A program made the translations under genes and the position numbers. A stretch of 60,032 nucleotides of DNA from Lysobacterales bacterium (GTDB taxonomy: Bacteria > Pseudomonadota > Gammaproteobacteria > Xanthomonadales > SZUA-5). Every line of letters starts with the position of its first letter. Position 1 is the stretch's first letter. Location: the NCBI GenBank assembly GCA_022844165.1, contig JALHMH010000028.1:1-60032 (forward strand), given 5' to 3'. The notes beneath the pieces are model-generated. The model was not told the DNA's origin, ran no database searches, and worked only from the letters and a program-made list of their open reading frames with translations. Positions 1-9,458 of the stretch are shown piece after piece.

Positions 1-117
1 CACAAAGTGGCTCGATTGAAGCGATCACCAAATGGCTCGATTCAGCCGATCACGCCGTCATCAAGGTGGCTCTATTCACCCGATCACGAAATGGCTCTAT
101 TGAGGGTGTCAGTGACA
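1..117. mobile_element. Terminal end of an IS21-family-like insertion sequence (body lies outside the window)
   Basis: Four related repeats TGGCTC(G/T)ATT at 8, 33, 67 and 92, ending in ...GTGTCAGTGACA at 117; reverse complement begins TGTCACTGAC. Multiple internal repeats and a TG...CA terminus are typical of IS21 ends. RAYT-like coding sequence starts at 118. Confidence 0.7.
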
Positions 118-699
118 GCGCGGCGAGCGAATGCCGAGGACGATGTGACCGGGCGATTCTGGGAGGGACGATTCAAGAGTCAGCTGCTCGACGATGAGTG
201 TGCGCTGGCCGCTGCTATGGCGTACGTCGATCTCAATCCCGTGCGCGCCGGCATTGCTGAGAGTGTCGAGGGTTCCGATCACACCAGCGTGCAGGCGCGA
301 GCAACAGAGTTGCGCAAGAATCCGAGCAACGCCAACAAATTGCTGATGCCGATCGCCGGCTTTGGTGTGTTCCTGCCGAGCGGCGACAAGTTCGATGGAG
401 ACGTAAAGCCAATCGGCAGCCGTCTGCCGATGACGAGTGCGCAATACATCGAACTTGTCGACTACACCGGCCGGCAGTTGAAGCCCGGCAAACGCGGTGT
501 GATCGCTTCAAGCGAGCCACCGGCGTTGCGAAAGCTTGGAATCCATGGCGACTATTGGACCGGCCACGTCAAAGGGTTCCGCTCTGCGTACCAGCGATTC
601 GTTGGTGGCGTCGAGGCAATGGCGGAGAAAGCCAGAGCACTCAACCAACAGTGGCTCAAAGGCATCGGCTACGCGCGGAGCCTTGCCGCCAACCGGTGA
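118..699 (+). pseudogene. 3' portion of a large RAYT-type HUH tyrosine transposase, interrupted by the IS end
   Basis: ARRANAEDDVTGRFWEGRFKSQLL...AYVDLNPVRAG nearly matches the intact paralog at 58688-59668; the N-terminal HUH region is missing. Confidence 0.85.
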
Positions 700-737
700 G
701 CAGACCCATCCGCGCATTCTTGACGCCGCCGGCGTCT

Positions 738-1255
738 GGGCGCGTTGCTCGCAAGAAAATCGCAGCCTTTGTCTGACAGCAGTTGCAGACGTCTAAACGT
801 GTAGACGTCTTCTGACCCGAAGAGCGCTAATCAAAATCAGGCTGTCCTCGTTCTTTTAGCGTACCAGCGATTCGTCGGCGGCGTTGAGGCAATGGCTGAG
901 AAAGCCAAAGCGCTCAACCAGCAGTGGCTCAAAGGCATCGGCTACGCGCGGAGCCTTGCCGCCAACCGGTGAGCAAAACTCACCGCGCATTTTTGACGCC
1001 GCTGGCGTCTGGGCGCGTTGCTCGCAAGAAATCCCGAGCGTTCTCCAACCTGATTTGCGGACGTTCAAACGTCTGGACGGCTAAAAAACTCTCTTTCGAA
1101 AAACGAAAAGTGACTGTCCGCTTTCTGTGTCTCTGGGCGCGTTGCTCGCGCGCTTAAAACCACCCAACTTCAACCAGCCAATTCGGACGTCTAAGCTTCT
1201 AGACGTCCAAAACAGTCCGCTTCGAAATCAGAAAGTGCGTGTACTTGTTCTCTTC
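738..1255 (+). repeat. Three stacked ~120-bp RAYT right-end modules
   Basis: GGGCGCGTTGCTCGC at 738, 1011 and 1135; GACGT..GACG palindrome at 788, 1060 and 1186; GGCTGTCC/GACTGTCC/GCGTGTAC at 840, 1112 and 1237. Confidence 0.8.
859..1031 (+). repeat. Diverged duplicate of the RAYT 3' end and downstream flank (copy of 586-758)
   Basis: Direct repeat offset by 273 bp, encoding AYQRFVGGVEAMAEKA..WLKGIGYARSLAANR*. Confidence 0.9.
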
Positions 1256-1314
1256 ACAATCGGGCGATGCGGTGAGGTTAGGATCGTCGCGGCGGCGGGA
1301 ATCCTTGATTCCGA

Positions 1315-1767
1315 CTAAGTCGGCGCATTGACTTCGACAAGATGAAGCTCGACCAAAATGAAATCGTAGCCATCTGCTCTGTCGCGCAACCGACATTTAA
1401 TCCTTGAGAACACGGGCCTACCGCTCTGATCCCAGTCAAAAAGCTCGTCGAAAAACGCCACGCCACTCCCAAGTTGTATCAATGACAGCGTGGCGTCCCA
1501 CGCAATATTCCCAACGTCCGTCGTTCGCCCGAATAGAACAGGAATGGGAACGCCAGGCCATCGCGCGCAAACTTCCATCGTCGTCTCTGGCATGAAAGCG
1601 CGCCGGCCTTTCAGGACAATCAGATCGAGAAGCTCAAGACTCAGTCGAGACCAAGTTTGATACTGCTCATCAGTAAGCCCACCGTGCTTGGTTGCGAGAC
1701 TCCAAAGCAAGGCCTTCGCGACCCGAAAATCATGAACCTCATCGGTAACATTGCGTTCTATGCTCAC
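1315..1767 (-). CDS. Putative RHS immunity protein
   Basis: 150-aa lower-GC ORF whose GTG start overlaps the RHS stop codon (GTGA). Confidence 0.65.
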   Translation of the reverse strand: MSIERNVTDEVHDFRVAKALLWSLATKHGGLTDEQYQTWSRLSLELLDLIVLKGRRAFMPETTMEVCARWPGVPIPVLFGRTTDVGNIAWDATLSLIQLGSGVAFFDELFDWDQSGRPVFSRIKCRLRDRADGYDFILVELHLVEVNAPT

Positions 1768-4700
1768 GGGGCTGGACTACCAACTGGCGGGGGAGAAGTT
1801 CCATCACGTCGGAATGGAAAGCACATGCAACTACTTTGATCTTGATTCCATTCGATCCAGTGGTAGTGAGTTCCGGATGTTGATCCATGAGCATTCCCAG
1901 GTGCCGACCAGTAAGTTGGAGTTGGGCATGGCCGGCATTGCCCGGTGCATTTGTGCCTGCCGGGGAAGTGAGGACGAAATGCAATCGGATCCTGCCCCGC
2001 ACGGTTTCTCGAGGGAGTGACCGGGACAGGCGGAGGCAGGGGCGGGTCGTCTTCACACGGCTCGCATTCGGGCGGCTTGTTCATCGTGTCACAAGCCGAC
2101 GTTGAGCTGGGAGTTAACAGCAAGCCAACTCCGGAAACGACTCGAGTGGCAACAGAGACCAAGGGCTTGACGCACTGATTTATGACCATGTTGTACGTCG
2201 AACCGTCCAGACCCAACGCATCGGTCGCACCCAGCGGGCCGCCGGAGACGTATGAGAACGTGCTCCACCCACCCGCCAACCCAATCGGATCACTCTCAAC
2301 ATACCTCCCCGTACCCGCCTCATAGTCCCGGAAGTAGTTGTAATGCAACCCCACCGCCTCATCCCACTGCTGCCCAGGGAACCGGAGGTCAAACTTGACC
2401 AGCGTCGAATTCCCATCCGGATCCTCGCTTGCGCCCAACGCACCAAACGCATTGCTGCCACTCGCGGTGTGCTGGTTGAGCTTCCAGCGCCAGACGACGG
2501 TGCCGGCCGCCTGTCCGCCTTGCGTTTGTGCGTTCGCGAGTGCGCGTGGGGTGTTCAGGTGGTCGCTGTGGATGGCGTGCACGTCCGTGACGGCGGTGGT
2601 GCTGCTGAGCACGCGGCCGACGGGGGTGTTGTCGATCCAGACGATCTCCTCGAAGCTGAGGCTGGTGCCGCCGCGTAACGTGGCGATGACCTGGCCGCTC
2701 TCATCGTACAGCTGGCCGAAGAGACCGCTGGTGGCCCAATCGCCGCTCGCGCTGGGCAATGCCGGCGCCGGCGTGCCGCTGCTGCCGAGCACACGTTCGC
2801 CGCGGCCGTTGTAGTTCGCGCGCTGTTGCGCGCTGCCGCCGGTGCCGATGGCGGTCAGGCGATTGCGCGCATCGAAGCTGGCGGTGTCGGTTTCGAAGCC
2901 CGGCACGCCGCTCAGTGTGTTGCCGACCGCATCGAAGCTGCGCGCCGCGCTGCCGACTTGGGTCAGACGATGGCTGGTGCCGGGATAGGTGTAGCTGGTC
3001 ACCGTTGGCGTGCTGCCGGCCGGGAACGCGACGCTGTGGCTGAGGCGATTGCCGGTGGCGTCGTAGGTGAACGCTTCGATCAGCGCGGCGTTCTGATCGC
3101 GCACCTCGTTCAACCGATCGAGCCGATCGTAGCCCAGGTTCTGCGTCCCTTCGCTGGCGCTGGCCACTTGTGTGATGTTGCCCACCTCGTTGGTGCTGAA
3201 ATCATAGTCCAGCGCCGTGCCCTGCACCGCATCAGGCCAGTAGTTCTGATCCCAGCTCTTGCTCAGCGTTTGGCTGGGGAAGCTGATCTGCCCGATCGGA
3301 CCGAACGGCAGGTAGCTGACGCCGCTGACGAGCGTGAGCGCGAAGCTGTCGCGGCTCAGGTTGACGCTGGCGATGCGGCCTTGCGTGTCGCGGGTGTAGT
3401 CGACCACGAGACCTGAGGGATAGGTCATCGAGATCAGCCGATCGGCGCTGTTGTAGCGGTATTGCACGGTCAGCACCTGCCCGCCGCTGGTTTGCACTTT
3501 GCGCCGCAAATTGCCGCGGCGGTCGTAACAGAGCTGCGTCTGGCCGCTGGCATCGGTGATCTTGCTTAAGCGCCCGGTGGCCGATTGCTCCTCTGGCGCA
3601 CAGACCGACTCGACGCTGTCGTAAACAAAGCCGACGTTCTTCGCCGTCTCCGACGGATAGCTGATCGCGGTGAGGCGTCCCAGAACATCGTAAGCGTAGT
3701 TGCTGACCACACCGCGTGCGTCGGTTTGGCTCAAACGATTGCCGGCGGCGTCATAGGTGTAGCTCGTGGTGCCGGTGTCGGGGCTGATAAGCTGCGTCTG
3801 ATTATTGAGGCCATCGTAGACGTACTCGGTGGTCAGGTTTTTCGGATCGATGACTTTGCGCAGGTTATCGCGCGCATCGTATTCGTACTTCACCGTGGCC
3901 TGGATTTCGCCCGTGGCGGCTGCGGTGTCCTTGTCCTGAATCGACTGGATCAGCCGATTGAGCGGATCGTAGTCGTTGTCGCCCACGCGGCCGAGCGGAT
4001 CGGTGGCGAGGTCCTGGTTGCTGTTGGCGTCATAGGTGAAGGTGGTCTTCTTGACGCTGGGATCGTCGAGATTGGTGTTGGCCGCGAACGGTGCGTTGAT
4101 CAGGCTGCGCAGTTCGCCGAGCGTGTTGTACTGGCGTGCGAGCAGGCGTTTGGTGGCACCGGTGCTATCGCGCACTTCTTCCTTGGTGCGATTGCCAGCG
4201 GCATCGAGCGTGTAGACGATTGCCTCGCTGCCGGCCGTGGGTGCGCCGTTGCTGCAGCGGCTGGGACTGGACAGCGTGGTTTGCACTACCGCCTTGATGC
4301 GATGCGCGGCGTCGCGGCAGTACTCCATGCCAGACTCATCCGGCTGGATCACGCGCTTGACCTCGCCATAGGGCTCGTACTCGATGCGCGTGATCGCATC
4401 CGACGTATTCGGTGTGCCATCGGCATTGGTGCGCACCGTGCGGCTGAGCAGCCAGCCACGCGGGTGATACATCAGATCCGTGATCACGCCATTGGCGTCT
4501 TTCTGTCGCAGCAGCCGGCCAGCGCCGTCGTAAGCGATGAACTCGGTGCGTTGGCCGAGTGCGTTATCGAGATACCGCAGATCGCCCTTGCGATACGGAC
4601 AGCTCGTCGGTTGCGTCGCGCAGCTTGTGTGCTCGGCGCCGAAGTAGGTGCGCGTGGTGATGTCCGCCACATCGGTGCGCGGGCCGTCGACGGTCTTGAC

Positions 4701-6716
4701 GTAACCCTCGAACGGACACGTCGCCGAGTTGAAGTCCGCATCGGTGGTATCGCAGAAATCCGTCACCGTCTGGCGTACGCCAGTGGGCGCGTTGGTTGCG
4801 CTGCCGCAGGTGTAGGCCATCGCAGTGGGGTTAGCGGGATCGATCTGGCACACCGCCGTGATCTGGCCGCGGGCGTTCACGGCGTGGCGAGTGAGCGATT
4901 CCAGCGTCCAGCGTGTGTTTGAGGCCGTCGAGCAGGCTTGCGAGGACGTGCTTGGTGCAGCGCAGAAGAATGTCCGGCGTTCGGTGGGGACGCGCCAGTT
5001 CGGATGCCAGGTGGTTTCGGTTTTGCGCTCGTTGGTTTTCGACGAACTGGGCTGCGTATCCTGGCCGCGGGCTTCGATTTCAGACGTCGGCAGTTGTCGC
5101 GCCTCGTCGTACGCGAACGCTTTCACGGTGTTGCGGAAATCGGTCTCAGTCTCGACCAGGCCAGACGCTGTGAACGTCGTCGATTTCTTTGTTGAACCGC
5201 AAGTGGTGCAAGGTAGCGACGAGCCCCAGAACTGGTTGACCCCGTTGGCGGGCGTAAACCAGAACGTGCGCGTCTGTCCTAACGGGTCGGTGACATTGGA
5301 TCCAGAGAATGTGTACCGACCGATGTTCGGCTGCACTTCCGATTGTTGCATCAGCCCAACGCTATCGTAGGTGTAGTGGCCGATGCGCTGACCGTCCCAA
5401 TCATCGATACCGGTAATCAGCGGCGCGTGCGGCGCAGAGTTTTGCTGGCTATATCCCGGTTCGTTGTAGCGGTAGGTTTTGCTACCCAGCGATGGCCGGG
5501 AGATTGTGGTCAGGCGCTCTTTGCTATCGAGTGTATAGGTAACGGTTTCGCCCGAAGAACTCAGCGCAGAAGTGAGACGGCCTTGACCGTCGAGGTTCAA
5601 CGAAAACCCCCGGCCCTGCTCATTGACGATTTGCTGAAGGCGACCATTGACATCGCGAATGAAGTTGACGCTGTGTCCCGACGGCTTTCGGAAACTCAGG
5701 AGCCGACCGTTGCTATCGAAGCGCTGAATATTGTTGTTCGCCGCGGTGAGCTCACGGTAAGTCACGCCGCCTTCGGTGACGTCGGCGAGACGATAGCCAT
5801 GAGCAATCGGGCCGACGCCGACGTAGTTTCCACTCACCGTTCGGAACATCAACTCCTGACCCCAAGGCTGGCGTATGCGTACGTTCCCCGTACCCGCGTG
5901 AAGAACCAATTCAGTCTCGAAATTGTGCCGCCAATGGGTGCCCAGCGCAGCCGTGTTGGACACCGGGAGCGTGAATCCTGAGCTGCGATAGCTGCGGTGG
6001 AAACTCAGAGAACCGGACGGGGATTGGATGGCCAGATCGGTCTCGCTCAACAGTCGTTCGCGCGTGTAGAACTCCACCGGGTTGGGTGACATAGGGCCAC
6101 CAGCACCGAAGGAGGTTCCCATATTGTTGGGATCTGTGGGGCAGATTTTCGGTGGAAGCCAACGGGCACAGGCCCATTGTCCGGTTTGGATGTCAGGTGC
6201 CGATGTCACCGCCATAATCGTCATACCAGGTGGACAGTACGGATTTCGAGCGCCATTCAATTGCAAATGCGGGACGAATAGTTGACAGATCCCGTTGCTG
6301 TTTCTCCAGCTGTCAAGTCGCCAGTCGCCTTCGAAACCGAGGTAGGTCGGTACGCCGTTCGGAATCGACATGTAGGTTCCGGTGACGTACGGCGTTCCGA
6401 TGGTGTATGTGCAGTTGCACCCACCGAATGGAGCACTTGCCAAGCCAATGGCACAGGACGCGTCAGCTGCGCCCTGGGGCGTGAGGTACGTGACACCACT
6501 GACATTAAGAGCCCAGTAACGCCAGTCGTCAAACAGGATTTTCGAGCACTGGACGTCAACCCCGCACTCGCGCCCGAAAGCGGTCGCAGAACACGCAAGT
6601 ACCGCGCTGCCAAAGAGAATTGCGCGAGCGCTACTCGTTATGTGGAGAACTCCAATTCGATGGGCTTTGTTGTTTGCGCAACAACCTACTAACGGCGCGC
6701 CTGTCTTTGCTTTCAT
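1764..6716 (-). CDS. RHS repeat polymorphic toxin (DUF6531-like region, YD repeats, RHS core, variable C-terminus)
   Basis: Many YD repeats; core signature LRFPGQQWD..GLHYNYFRDYE..GRYVESDPIGLAGG followed by TDALGL (DPxGL-like); Cys/His-rich C-terminal extension. Confidence 0.95.
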   Translation of the reverse strand: MKAKTGAPLVGCCANNKAHRIGVLHITSSARAILFGSAVLACSATAFGRECGVDVQCSKILFDDWRYWALNVSGVTYLTPQGAADASCAIGLASAPFGGCNCTYTIGTPYVTGTYMSIPNGVPTYLGFEGDWRLDSWRNSNGICQLFVPHLQLNGARNPYCPPGMTIMAVTSAPDIQTGQWACARWLPPKICPTDPNNMGTSFGAGGPMSPNPVEFYTRERLLSETDLAIQSPSGSLSFHRSYRSSGFTLPVSNTAALGTHWRHNFETELVLHAGTGNVRIRQPWGQELMFRTVSGNYVGVGPIAHGYRLADVTEGGVTYRELTAANNNIQRFDSNGRLLSFRKPSGHSVNFIRDVNGRLQQIVNEQGRGFSLNLDGQGRLTSALSSSGETVTYTLDSKERLTTISRPSLGSKTYRYNEPGYSQQNSAPHAPLITGIDDWDGQRIGHYTYDSVGLMQQSEVQPNIGRYTFSGSNVTDPLGQTRTFWFTPANGVNQFWGSSLPCTTCGSTKKSTTFTASGLVETETDFRNTVKAFAYDEARQLPTSEIEARGQDTQPSSSKTNERKTETTWHPNWRVPTERRTFFCAAPSTSSQACSTASNTRWTLESLTRHAVNARGQITAVCQIDPANPTAMAYTCGSATNAPTGVRQTVTDFCDTTDADFNSATCPFEGYVKTVDGPRTDVADITTRTYFGAEHTSCATQPTSCPYRKGDLRYLDNALGQRTEFIAYDGAGRLLRQKDANGVITDLMYHPRGWLLSRTVRTNADGTPNTSDAITRIEYEPYGEVKRVIQPDESGMEYCRDAAHRIKAVVQTTLSSPSRCSNGAPTAGSEAIVYTLDAAGNRTKEEVRDSTGATKRLLARQYNTLGELRSLINAPFAANTNLDDPSVKKTTFTYDANSNQDLATDPLGRVGDNDYDPLNRLIQSIQDKDTAAATGEIQATVKYEYDARDNLRKVIDPKNLTTEYVYDGLNNQTQLISPDTGTTSYTYDAAGNRLSQTDARGVVSNYAYDVLGRLTAISYPSETAKNVGFVYDSVESVCAPEEQSATGRLSKITDASGQTQLCYDRRGNLRRKVQTSGGQVLTVQYRYNSADRLISMTYPSGLVVDYTRDTQGRIASVNLSRDSFALTLVSGVSYLPFGPIGQISFPSQTLSKSWDQNYWPDAVQGTALDYDFSTNEVGNITQVASASEGTQNLGYDRLDRLNEVRDQNAALIEAFTYDATGNRLSHSVAFPAGSTPTVTSYTYPGTSHRLTQVGSAARSFDAVGNTLSGVPGFETDTASFDARNRLTAIGTGGSAQQRANYNGRGERVLGSSGTPAPALPSASGDWATSGLFGQLYDESGQVIATLRGGTSLSFEEIVWIDNTPVGRVLSSTTAVTDVHAIHSDHLNTPRALANAQTQGGQAAGTVVWRWKLNQHTASGSNAFGALGASEDPDGNSTLVKFDLRFPGQQWDEAVGLHYNYFRDYEAGTGRYVESDPIGLAGGWSTFSYVSGGPLGATDALGLDGSTYNMVINQCVKPLVSVATRVVSGVGLLLTPSSTSACDTMNKPPECEPCEDDPPLPPPVPVTPSRNRAGQDPIAFRPHFPGRHKCTGQCRPCPTPTYWSAPGNAHGSTSGTHYHWIEWNQDQSSCMCFPFRRDGTSPPPVGSPAP

Positions 6717-7133
6717 ACCAAAGTCCTTAGGATTGACTCAGAACGACGACCGGTTCGCAATGCGATTTGCGGACCCGAATTGACCATGAAGAGTTGGCCT
6801 GGATCCGATACGCGCAAAGTCGTTTCATTCGGCTCATCATGATTCGACAGCGCCGAGCGACGCCCAGACGCTAGCAGCAACCACACAGTCCATTGTTAAT
6901 AAACTAGAATTTACGCGAGCGAAGTTGCTAAAGTGTGACCTCGGTACGGCTATTCTGAGAGCGACGACTTGGCAGTCGGCGCGGTTGATCCGGCCATCAA
7001 CCATGCCGCGAACTTGCCAGCTATCGCCCGCTACGGCATCGACTCATCAAGTTTGGCGGGGCCAGAATGCGCCACGATGCCATCGGCGCACAGAATCCTT
7101 GTGCATTGACGGCGCATTTGCCCTTCTGAGCCT

Positions 7134-8045
7134 TCAGGCTTTGCCACGCCACCACGCAAACAACCGCCGCTTCCAGCGCACCAGACGTGTCGCGCCCCAG
7201 CGTGCCTGCCAGTCGGCAAGACTGGTTTCCAGGCGCTGCGCATCGGCGTACAAACGCTGGATGTGCTGGTCACGCCGCGCGATGGCGATGGCCAACGTGC
7301 GTTCGTCTTCTTCTGTCAGCGTATGGCCGGCGCGAAGGTGCGGCGGCAAGGGTCGGTCGACATAGACAGTGGAATGAGGATCGGCCTGCTCCTCGGCCGG
7401 GCGTGTGGTGGTGTAGAAGTACAAGGCGATGGAACGCCGGCTCAATTCCGCCCGATCGGGCGGCGCGACGATGGGCTTAAAGCCGTGCCAGCTGTACTCA
7501 GTGGTTTCGAAGATGACGCAGCGATTGGCGGTGGGCAGGATCGTCACGATCCGGCCAGGTCCGCGCGGGTTCTCGTGCAAATCCAGGGCGCCGCCCCACG
7601 ATGGATCCCAGTGATCGTTCAAGTAGACAATCAGGTTGAGCCGGCGATGCCAGCCGCTGATCGGGTGGCGATTAAAATCGATGTGCGGATCGAGTTCCTG
7701 GCCGCTCAGGTTCTCGTGCGTGCCGCCGCCGAAGTAATATGGGTCGTACAGAAGATCCTGAATGCCCGTGATGGCGCCGATGGTGTCCAGGAACGCACGC
7801 GTTTGCACCAGGGCATCGAGCTGTGAGTAGATGCCGCCCAAGGTCGTGATGCGCTCGACGACGCTTTTGCGGCCCAGAAGACCTGCCTCATTTCGCGCCG
7901 ACCCCATCTCGAACGGCGGAAACTGCGCGATCAGGCTGGCCAACGCGACGGGATCGAAGAAGTCCTCGATCAGCACATGCCTAAAGGGCTTCGCGTGGGC
8001 GAAACGCTCAGTGGCAGCGGCAATGTCGATGTTCGAGTTCAGCAT
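7134..8045 (-). CDS. 2OG-Fe(II) oxygenase family protein
   Basis: HID motif, [29 protein letters not shown]. Confidence 0.85.
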   Translation of the reverse strand: MLNSNIDIAAATERFAHAKPFRHVLIEDFFDPVALASLIAQFPPFEMGSARNEAGLLGRKSVVERITTLGGIYSQLDALVQTRAFLDTIGAITGIQDLLYDPYYFGGGTHENLSGQELDPHIDFNRHPISGWHRRLNLIVYLNDHWDPSWGGALDLHENPRGPGRIVTILPTANRCVIFETTEYSWHGFKPIVAPPDRAELSRRSIALYFYTTTRPAEEQADPHSTVYVDRPLPPHLRAGHTLTEEDERTLAIAIARRDQHIQRLYADAQRLETSLADWQARWGATRLVRWKRRLFAWWRGKA

Positions 8046-8124
8046 GCCGCGATTGTACGGAATTCGCCGATTCGATTCGCCCCGGCTATGGCAGACTGCA
8101 AGTCACCGAGATGGAGGAACCGCC

Positions 8125-8382
8125 ATGACACTGCAAGCCATCATCATCCTTGTGCTCGTGGGTGCCATCGCCGGCTGGCTGGCGGGCATCGTGATGCGCG
8201 GCCGCGGCCTGGGCATCGTTGGCAACATCGTGATCGGCATCCTCGGCGCGTTTGTAGGCTCATGGCTGCTCGGCAGTGTGCTGGGCGTGGTCATCGGCGG
8301 CGGGATTGTGGGTTCGATCATCAACGCTTTTGTCGGGGCTGTGGTGGTGCTGGCGGTCATCGGGGCGATCAAGCGCGCGTAG
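8125..8382 (+). CDS. GlsB/YeaQ/YmgE-family membrane protein
   Basis: GGAGG RBS; [26 protein letters not shown] pattern. Confidence 0.9.
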   Translation: MTLQAIIILVLVGAIAGWLAGIVMRGRGLGIVGNIVIGILGAFVGSWLLGSVLGVVIGGGIVGSIINAFVGAVVVLAVIGAIKRA

Positions 8383-8384
8383 TC

Positions 8385-9458
8385 TCAACCTGCTCGACGC
8401 AACCGCCACAACGCCCAGGACACCAGCAATAGCGGCGGCAGCACGTTCACCAGAATCAACCCCTGGCGCTCGGTCTCGGCCAGATTGATCAGCGTGCGGT
8501 GCATAAAAAAGAAGGTCACGCCAAAGAGAATCCCGATCAGCAGCCGTTTGCCAGCGCCGCCGCTGCGCTGTTGTGCGAAGGCGAAGGTCGCCACGGCGAA
8601 GCACAGGCTCAGGGCGATCAGCGGATAGAACACTCGGTACCAAAACGCGCTTTCGAAGGCGAGGGCGTCGAGGCCATTGATTCGCGCGTAGCGCAGCGTT
8701 TCGTAGAGATCGGTGGTGCCCTGCTGACGCGGGCGCACCGTGTGGGCTTGCACGATGCCCGGATCGAGCCGGGTGGCTAAGCGGATCGATTCCTCGCGCT
8801 CGCTGCTGACGCGATCCGTGGTCAAACGGTCGCGCGTTGTTCCGGAGAGCTCGAAGTTTGCGCCTTTGAGACTGGCGCGTTCGGCACGAATGACCTCGTT
8901 CAATCGCGCGTCCGCATCGAACTCGTAGCGCCAGACATCCCAGAGTTCCAGCTGCCCAGGCGCTCCGACCACGATGCTCCTGGCATTCCAAACCGCCTTG
9001 CCATCGCGCAGCCAGAGGCCGGTTCCGGAGAAGGCGATGCCAGCGGTTTTTGCCTGCGCGGTCATATCCGAGGCCATCCGATCGGCGCGTGGACCGATGG
9101 CCTCGCCGAGCAGCAGCGCAAACAACAGCAGCAACGCCGCGGCGAATGTGCCCGATAGCGCGATGCGCGTTCGCGAAACGCCAGAGGCCTGCAGCGCCGT
9201 GAGTTCGCTGCGCGCTGCCAATGCGCCGAGCCCTAACATTGTGCCGACCACTGCGGCGGTTGAGAACATCGCATAAAGACGCCTGGGCACGGTCAGCAGC
9301 GTCACCTGGACGATCCGGGTCAGGTCGTAGTCGCCTTCGCCCAGTTCATCGATTTCGCCGAGCAGTGCCAGGAGCACGTCGAAACTCGTGAATACGATCC
9401 AGGTCAGCAAGATGGCCGGTACAACCGCTTTGACGATCAACCAGTCCAGGCGCTTCAT
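8385..9458 (-). CDS. lptG: LPS export ABC transporter permease LptG
   Basis: SELTALQASGVS and GLWLRDG motifs; start overlaps the lptF stop. Confidence 0.9.
   Translation of the reverse strand: MKRLDWLIVKAVVPAILLTWIVFTSFDVLLALLGEIDELGEGDYDLTRIVQVTLLTVPRRLYAMFSTAAVVGTMLGLGALAARSELTALQASGVSRTRIALSGTFAAALLLLFALLLGEAIGPRADRMASDMTAQAKTAGIAFSGTGLWLRDGKAVWNARSIVVGAPGQLELWDVWRYEFDADARLNEVIRAERASLKGANFELSGTTRDRLTTDRVSSEREESIRLATRLDPGIVQAHTVRPRQQGTTDLYETLRYARINGLDALAFESAFWYRVFYPLIALSLCFAVATFAFAQQRSGGAGKRLLIGILFGVTFFFMHRTLINLAETERQGLILVNVLPPLLLVSWALWRLRRAG

Noticed and set aside
7-117. N-terminus of predicted ORF 7..699
   Set aside because: It is translated IS-end repeat DNA fused in frame by chance.
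738-1255. Possible CRISPR-like repeat-spacer array
   Set aside because: Only three units with irregular period; the intervening sequences are homologous in layout and tied to the transposase 3' end.
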